This document shows, piece by piece, positions 37,988 through 45,407 of a stretch of DNA of 45,407 nucleotides. A program made the translations under genes and the position numbers. Numbering within the stretch: position 1 is the first letter of the stretch; every line of letters starts with the position of its first letter. The notes beneath the pieces were generated by a model. The model made no database searches. It had not been told where the DNA came from and saw only the letters and a program-made list of their open reading frames with translations. The stretch lies in the NCBI GenBank assembly GCA_032718475.1, contig JAUCBJ010001885.1, forward strand, positions 1 to 45,407, written 5' to 3'. The stretch comes from Nemertoderma westbladi. Lineage: Eukaryota > Animalia > Xenacoelomorpha.

Positions 37988-38284
37988 TTGTAATATTAAT
38001 ATAAAATATTGCTACTGTACTGGTATATCAAAAGAAAAATATACATTCATGGACCATTAGATTTCAAATTATAAATTATTTTTATTGTTTATTTTTTGAC
38101 ATTGGTGTGGACTGCATCCAAGATTTCATATTTCATCACTACAGATTTTATGTAGTTAATTCATATGAGAATTTTCCTCAAAAAGAGATCCATGGGCGCT
38201 AGTAAAGCAAAAAGGGTCCATACTTTTTCCTGTCGACACCCCCTGCCATTTTTTCACCATTCCTTTAATCGTGTTTTTTAACGT

Positions 38285-38563
38285 TTTTTTGGTTTTGTTG
38301 AATGGTCTATAAAATTCGTAGATATGTTTTTTATGGTAGCTCCTGTAGTGTTATTTTTTACTAGCTAGTATTTTTTGTAATTAAAAAAATTTTTATAAAC
38401 TGTAAACATTTGGTTATCCTGTTGTAGTTTAAACCTGAAATATCAATTTTTTGACATTTTTTTTATAATTTCAATAAATACTAGCGAGTAAAAAAATACT
38501 AGCTACCATAAAAAAAACATATCTACTAAATTTGTAGAACATTTTCTAAAACAGAAAGAAAAC
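38285..38563. repeat. Imperfect inverted repeat upstream of the Academ ORF
   Basis: GTAGATATGTTTTTTATGGTAGCT (about 38318) pairs with AGCTACCATAAAAAAAACATATCTAC (about 38501). Confidence 0.75.
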
Positions 38564-39856
38564 ATGATAGAATCACTTTATAATGTATTTCCAAGTATAA
38601 AATTTGCATTAGAAAACTTACAAAACTTACTTACTACCAGTACTAACTTATTAAAATTTAAACTTACTAAAATAATTGCCTATTAGGTTTTGACAAATTT
38701 TTACTAGCTACCACAACAGTGTTCCAGAATATAATATTTTGATTATTTGTTGCATCGATGTCGAGGAATAATTTAATCATGAAATTTTTGCATTTAAAAA
38801 AATTAATATTGAATTTTTTGAAAAATTAGCTAGATACCATAATAGCTAAGTGTCCTACCGGTGCCCGAAAGTGACGAATAAAGAACGAAATTTTTTATTG
38901 TGAAATGTTGAGATGATGTCTATATGGAATTTACCATACCCCATTATATTTTCAGTGTCCAACTAGTGTGCATACAAGCCAGTCGAGTCTTTTGATAGGC
39001 ATGTCCCTTACAGTATGTTCAGTTGATGAGTCAAGCCATGCATAACTAGACCCCAGATCTAACTCATTACTAAGTTTGGAGAGCGTAATAATAAAAATAA
39101 TAGGTCAAATTCAAGCTTTGCTTGCCTTGGAACCAATATAACGCCAGCAACCAGGCGTGAGTGGGGTAAACTACTAGCTAACACCTGTAAATTTCAGTCT
39201 ATATTATGTATACAATTATGTATGTAATTAACAGATAAGAATATGAAATATTACATTGTCTCTTAGCAACGATGAAATATTCCAAGTGAAGATCAAGTAA
39301 ATTTGAATTGATTTTACTTATGGATAGGGTTCACGAAAATGGCTATAAAAAAAGTTGCCCAAGGTATGGTGCGGAGGACTTTCGATATTCTTAAAGAGCA
39401 TAAATTTGCGCTTCTAATTATACCAAATTTGGCTTGGTAACATTTTTTTCCGGGTACACCTATATGTTTATGTTATGTTTATATATACAGTTATTACTGC
39501 AGTGCCTAAATTCGTCATAAGATGAGTTTCAGCAACCCCAATAATAGAAAGAGATTTGCAGATGCTTCCGGTGACAGACATCAACATTTGCTAAACATCA
39601 AAGACAGTCAAAACACGAAAAGAGCAACAATTCCCATCAATTATAATGACTAGTAATGTTCGGACAACTGGGGAGGGAGGGAGGGGGGGGGGGGGATTGC
39701 AAGTGTGTGTTTGTTTCAGTGAGGTCTGCGTTATCCAAAACGTGAAAGATACAAAAGTAGCTCACAAAATTTATCAGCGCAATAAGCTTGAATATACTGT
39801 ACATGATAAACAGATTATCGCCCATCTCGGACAGGCGATAATCTGTTTATTGATAA

Positions 39857-39983
39857 GAAGGTAATAATGTTGTAAATTAATAATAATGATAGACCAAGAA
39901 CACAGTAAAACACCAATGAAATATAATTAATATAATCAAGCATTTCCTGTCCCTATTGCACTTTACACAGTGGGCAGAGAGTG
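39857..39983 (+). repeat. Dispersed repeat: uninterrupted paralog of 24036-24104 + 26172-26196 + 26601-26629
   Basis: Near-identical sequence blocks in the same order. Confidence 0.9.
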
Positions 39984-40065
39984 AACAGCTGAATCACTAA
40001 TCACTTAACACCTCCAGTAACAACTAATAAGAAGGATTTTCAAGAGCTATAAATAAAATTAAGTA

Positions 40066-40369
40066 TTACATATTAGGACATGCTCACAGTTCAAGGTGAG
40101 GTTCAAAACTGGGGCTACTACAGGATATAACGGCAAGTGGAAAATGGTATTGACTGAGGCCAACTCTACACAACTTTGCCGTTCTATACGAACAACATTT
40201 GCCAGATTCTGTTTGAATTCTGTTTGAACGTGCAATTGACCATCGCCCTTTCTTTATTTGAGGCAAATCAGCATGAATGGATTGATGATTTTCGCCGATC
40301 TTTCCCCTTTTCCACCAACAATGAACTCCATATCTTTCTCCTCCTAGACCTTGAGTCTAAACTCCAGAT
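40066..40369 (+). pseudogene. Helitron RepHel linker-region exon (degraded)
   Basis: LTVQGEV..LGLLQD..W...LTEANSTQLCRSIRTTFA...WIDDF...LESKLQ resembles the RTVNG..LGLLEDD.EW...EA...LR.LFA region between Rep and helicase. A GTGAGT donor lies at 40370. Confidence 0.6.
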
Positions 40370-41199
40370 GTGAGTATGTGAGAACCTGGCTTAATTTATT
40401 AATTAAGATTAAGGTTACCACCGTAAATGACCTGTTTATATATTCGACAGGCAATTTGGAAACTTCAGTAAATCTAATTTAACTCAGAGAGTATAAAACT
40501 ACAGCTATTATTACTTCGTTCTATTTCTCAATTTGCACTAAATTTCATTTCAGTTTCATATTTAATTAACATTTAAAAATATAAAATCAATAAAAAAAAA
40601 ATCAAATTATCAAATATCAAATCAGGGTAGGTTATGGTGCAAAAATATTAGTTTCGAAAATATTAGTTAAAATATTAGTAGCCGATAGTAGTAATGTGCG
40701 CCATTTTTTGGACAGTGCGGGTATTGCTGTATTTATTTTCTCTTTGTCATTAAGACCTGAAACCTTGCTATGTTTGCGTAGCTCTACCTATAATATTATT
40801 CCTCTAATTAATAATATTAATAAAGTTTGAGAAATTTCGCAAAAATGGCTGAAGAAATGTTCAAATTCATTGCCATAATGGATAATTATGTGGTAGTAGC
40901 TGTATCATAAAAATTAGAAGCTAGCTATTTTGTGAGTGTACATGTTAGCTATATTATATTTACAAATAAGTTTTATTCTAGAACTAATACAATTAGTTAC
41001 AGAACATTAAAACAAATTTCTTATTGTTTTTGTATAGATTTTGTTACCCTTTTGAAAATATTCTCGAACATAATATTAGCGATTTATATAAAAATACTTT
41101 AATCTCTAGAACTAATATATTTTCTTATAGAACAGTTATAAAAAATGATTGTAAGATATTGATTACTTTTAAAAATATTCTAGAACATTCGCAAAGATC

Positions 41200-42075
41200 G
41201 CGACGTTTCTGAAGCTCCACCTATAGTATTGGTAAACACAAAATTTCGCGCGACGTTTGCCAAGCTCCACCTATAGTATTGGTAAACACAAAATTTCGCG
41301 AAGATCGCAACATTTGCGAAGCTCCACCTATAGTATTGGTAAACACAAAATTTCGCGAAGATCGCAACATTTGCGAAGCTCCACCTATAGTATTGGTAAA
41401 CACAAAATTTCGCGCGACCTTTGCCAAGCTCCACCTATAGTATTGGTAAACACAATATTTGGCGCGACCTTTGCCAAGCTCCACCAATAGTATTGGTAAA
41501 CACAAAATTTCGCACGACGTTTGCCAAGCTCCACCTATAGTATTGGTAAACACAAAATTTCGCACGATGTTTGCCAAGCTCCACCTGTAGTATTGGTAAA
41601 CACAAAATTTCGTGGGACGTTTGCCAAGCTCCACTTATAGTATTGGTAAACACAAAATTTCGTGGGACGTTTGCCAAGCTCCACCTGTAGTATTGGTAAA
41701 CACAAAATTTCGTGGGACGTTTGCCAAGCTCCACTTATAGTATTCGTAAACACAAAATTTTGCGCGACCTTTGCCAAGCTCCACCTATAGTATTGGTAAA
41801 CACAAAATTTCGCGCGACCTTTGCCAAGCTCCACCTATAGTATTGGTAAACACAAAATTTCGCGCGACCTTTGCCAAGCTCCACCTATAGTATTGGTAAA
41901 CACAAAATTTCGTGGGACGTTTGCCAAGCTCCACCTATATTATTGGTAAACACGAAATTTCGCGCGATGTTTGCCAAGCTACACCTATTATAGTATTGGT
42001 AAACACAAAATATCGCGAAGATCGCGACGTTGCCAAGCTCCAGCAATAGTATTGGTAAACACAAAAGATCGTGAC
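41200..42075. repeat. 50-bp satellite, 17 copies (some 57-bp variants)
   Basis: Unit GACGTTTGCCAAGCTCCACCTATAGTATTGGTAAACACAAAATTTCGCGC. It is followed by a hAT-like terminus CATCCCTA at 42161-42168. Confidence 0.95.
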
Positions 42076-42236
42076 ATTTGCGAAATTTCGTGATTTTCAC
42101 AATCTTCGCAAAAATCTCGATGTTTGCCAAATTTCGCATTTGAAAATGGTCAATCCGGCACATCCCTACTCTTAAGGTAATTAAATTAAATATAAAATAT
42201 GTAGAATGGTACTAAAATAATTTTTGTTTTGTTTAG

Positions 42237-42955
42237 GAAATTCTTTGCTCGTTTTCCTGAATGCCTGTGTGGCTGCGGTAAGACTTTCCTATTGAACACT
42301 ATATTAGCTGCGGCTCGCACTCTGTTTGGTGAGAAACAAATAGCTCTTGCCACAGCCTCCAGCGGAATTGCATCAGCTCTACTCACTCTGGGTCGCACAT
42401 TCCATTCAAGGTTTCATGTTCCACTGCAACATTCCGATAATGAAACATTCAGCATGACTGCGAACGATGCAACTTTGAAGGTGATTGCTGTATGGGATGG
42501 GGCACCAATGATGCACAGACATCACTTAGAATGAAAAAAGACTTAGCAGCGCACTGAAGCTCCATTTGGTGGGAAAGTGTTAATTCTTTCTCGTGATTTC
42601 CACCAACTTTTACTTATCATTCCACATGGATCAAGGTGTTCAGATGTTGATGCCTCTTTGCATTGATCAACCCTTTGGAGTCAATTCAATGAGTTATCTC
42701 TCACCAGGAAAATGAGAGTTGGTGTTAATTCCGAGCTTAACGAATTCAACCGTTTTTTTTCTCTAGCGGTCGAATTCAACCGTTTTTTTTCTCTAGCGGT
42801 AGGACTGTATATTAAATTAAGCTTCAACCGTTTCCTTGACCAGTTGGGTGATGGTGATCTTGATGTTGTTGAGGTGCCAGACTGGATCCGATTGCTTCCA
42901 ATCTGGTTTTTCCTATTGGAGATTACGTTTCTGGCTCAATCCGCAGGTTCATCAG
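42237..42955 (+). pseudogene. PIF1-family helicase exon of a Helitron (degraded)
   Basis: GCGKTFL (Walker A), ATASSGIAS.LL..GRTFHSRF, WDGAPM (decayed Walker B), PFGGKV, DFHQLL and LTRKMR. Stops and frameshifts are present, with AG/GT splice sites at the ends. Confidence 0.88.
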
Positions 42956-43052
42956 GTGAGAATATTTTATAACGATTTAATACTGATTAGTTAAATTGTC
43001 TCAATTGATTATCTATTAACTAGCTTACAATTAAATTAGCTTACAATCTATT

Positions 43053-43215
43053 GGTTGTAGGTTCGAGCCCCACCAGGTTCCACTCAGCCTTTTATTCACA
43101 ACAGTCGATAAAATAACGACCAGTAGAATTATTTGGAGCAAAACTTGGGATAGGAGTAGCACCCACTCCTACCTTCGAGTAGCAGCTATCGCAAGAGGAG
43201 ACTTCTGGCTTGCTT
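43053..43215 (+). mobile_element. 5'-truncated tRNA-derived SINE
   Basis: B-box GGTTCGAGCCC (43060-43070), followed by ACTCAGCCTTT...GTCGATAAAAT..GACCAG, which resembles a conserved SINE central domain. Confidence 0.6.
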
Positions 43216-43344
43216 GAAAATTTACTCATTTATTATAATCATATACTTGAACATTTATATATATATATAATTTATTGTTTTAAAACACTTTTTTGGACTC
43301 TGATACATTTAAATTAGCAGTCATATGATTTTTTGTTGTTGCAG

Positions 43345-44389
43345 ATTGCAGTGTACGAGTAATATCAATTACCGACGTGGGGGGACCAGTGGAAAAAAAG
43401 TGTATAAGTTATGGTGTGTGAAGGTATCTGAGAAGTCCGGATACGTTACCGTTTCGATGTTTAATGCAAGAATCGATAAGTTTATCTTCAACGAGGGAGA
43501 TTATGTTGTACTTAATAACATGAAAGTCAGTAGTTTTCACGAAGTAAAACAGTTGGAGGTGATTGATGATTCAACATATAAACGTAAGTTCTTAACAAAT
43601 AATGTGCACTAACTACTATAATATCTCTAATGTAAATTAAACGTCCTCCAGCAAGTGTGATTACAGTGTCAAGTGTGTCAGGTACTTCTCCATGTCAATA
43701 CAGTACTAGTAGTACTATAGTAATAACTAGTAGTACTTGTTATTAATTATCACAGAAGACGTGTGCTAATACACGAAAAGGCCGTATGATATAGAAATTT
43801 GTTTTATTTAGTTTTTCAATCATTTTTAAAATTTGTACGCGAAGTTGTTGCATCTCACATTGCTATAAAGGGCTGGATTTATGCTCCTCTTTTTTTTAAA
43901 TTATATATATATATTTTTTTTTAATAAGTTGTGCATTTTGCCTGGCGTTCATATGTAGGTAACTACGATTTACTATAGTGAATTAATAATTAAAAACTAC
44001 AGAAATAAAATCACAAAACACACAAACACACTCAATTTCGGAATGATAACTATTCGATGGCCATTTGCTTGATTTCGCACCACAAACAAAAATCTGTTAT
44101 TTATTTGATAGAAATACAGGGAATCTTGAAGGTCGAGATAAAGAAAAGTAGGACAGTTACAATAAAGAGACAGGAAAGCACTTTGTCGTTCCCCTGGTAC
44201 AGTAAACCACCGTCAGATGCTTCTGTTACAGAGAGCGACAACAATACCCTGATAAAAAAGGAATTCTTAGGTTGGGCCGATGACAAGGCAAGGTTGGGCA
44301 GGGCAGAGCGAAGGAAGTTCATGCTCGCGGTCGGGAAAATGGTCCTCGACCTAAAAAACGAGGCCGAGCATTATTATGACTCAGAATAA
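43345..44389 (+). CDS. Spliced gene fragment with an OB-fold (RPA/SSB-like) exon; exons 43345-43583 and 44112-44389
   Basis: VKVSEKSGYVTVSMFN...FNEGDYVVLNNMKVSSF..VKQLEV..DST has an OB-fold strand pattern. The TTGCAG acceptor, GTAAGT donor and phase-matched TAG acceptor join C+AA into Gln. Confidence 0.6.
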
Positions 44390-45407
44390 ATTGCGATTTA
44401 ATAGGTTATTGTTTTATTTGTCTAAATGGTTCTTTTGCTGTTATGTACGAATATAATATGTTGTAACAGTTTGCAGTCCAGTATGCGATGTTGGTTACTT
44501 TGTAGAATATAATTACTGAATGCGGTTTATCAAAAATAAATAACTTTTTTATAAAGGTTTTTTTGCCATAGATATACGGTTCTGATAGATAATTTTATTG
44601 AAATTAGTCTGTAAGACCCAAATTGGTATAATACCCATAAGAGCCCCAACAAACAACTAATTAGACCCGGAAAATTGTTCAAAAAAATGTCCATACTCAA
44701 TTTTATATTGATATTAATTAAATAACTAGCTATATATCCAGTTGGTATCCTTAGGTCATTCTAACATCAAAGTCACAGTGCTTGATGGTATATTTACATA
44801 GCCTCTTCAAGCCATAAATAAAATATTATAAATTCTATAATACCTTTGTATTCGATTGTTTTTGTTGGCATTATATTTTTATCTGTTCTGTTGAAACGTA
44901 TTGTAGGCCTATAATATTATTATAATTGAATTGTTGTGATTTGTGACTTATATTTGATTAATTATAATGTCTTATTATGGAAACCAATTAAATGGAAATA
45001 CTGTACGTGTCCTAGGCGAATATGCCCCCCACCCCCGCGAAATGCCCCCCCCCCCCCTCCCCATAGACTTAAGTATAGTAATACTGCAGTACTGCAGTAT
45101 GCCTAGCCAGCACTTTAACTTGGAGTTATTTGTTTTATTTTTTTGTTAGGGTTAGTTGGTCAGGCCCAAACCATAATTAAAACTGTCATGTAACCCTAAC
45201 CTCAAGTCATAAAACCTATAATGTTGAGCGAGCTTGCTTACTAGAACTCCTTCTAGTATATATATATAGATGTGCTAGATGTGTATAGATGCGCTTAACA
45301 AATACGCCATGTCGAAATATGTTTATTGGCGCTTTTGCGACCTGTTTATATAAGATGAGGGCGTTCTGCGGGATATAATGGCGTTTGGTAGACATGTCAT
45401 CTTAACG

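Larger units (their letters stand above)
32500..39462 (-). mobile_element. Academ (AcademX-type) DNA transposon, about 7 kb
   Basis: TGTACCCGGAAAAAAATGTTACCAAGC at 32500 is inverted at about 39432-39458. The right end reads TAG... inward. It encloses a single long transposase ORF. Confidence 0.88.

Noticed and set aside
33406-37993. Short plus-strand ORFs opposite the Academ gene (likewise those opposite the PLE and the DUF6729-like gene)
   Set aside because: They are antisense shadows of long ORFs and carry no motifs.
41200-42075. CRISPR array
   Set aside because: Units are head-to-tail with only a short recurring variable patch. There are no unique spacers or cas genes, and the context is eukaryotic.
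41180-42163. Multiple ORFs on both strands across the satellite
   Set aside because: They are translations of the 50-bp repeat with no independent coding evidence.
42229-42534. Host PIF1 gene
   Set aside because: It has stops, frameshifts and a decayed Walker B, and an upstream RepHel-linker exon points to a Helitron origin.
43053-43080. tRNA gene
   Set aside because: Only a B-box/T-arm is present, with no cloverleaf. It continues into SINE-like sequence.
45146-45201. Telomeric repeat (TTAGGG/CCCTAA)
   Set aside because: Only 1-2 units in each orientation; more likely part of a small repeat element.

Overview
AT-rich eukaryotic (animal, most likely invertebrate) DNA made almost entirely of nested and decayed transposable elements. 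I could not recognise a host housekeeping gene, rRNA, intact tRNA or CRISPR array. Main contents, left to right: (1) LINE fragments and TIR-bounded MITEs (1-8.2 kb). (2) A large minus-strand DUF6729-like DDE transposase gene (about 8.9-15.3 kb) split by insertions. (3) Two related Ulp1/SENP-protease-bearing segments, one lying directly upstream of a GIY-YIG endonuclease and a minimal hammerhead ribozyme (15.3-19.5 kb). (4) A Penelope-like element with a pLTR, hammerhead and inverted tail (19.5-22.4 kb). (5) An RTE LINE 3' part and a Tc1/mariner-type non-autonomous element with a paralogous empty site. (6) The right half of a two-ORF CACTA/EnSpm element (26.6-30.4 kb). (7) Crypton-like and Transib-like foldbacks. 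(8) A nearly intact 7 kb Academ transposon (32.5-39.5 kb). (9) A decayed Helitron RepHel/PIF1 gene followed by a spliced OB-fold gene (40-44.4 kb). All calls come from reading motifs by eye; no database search was run.
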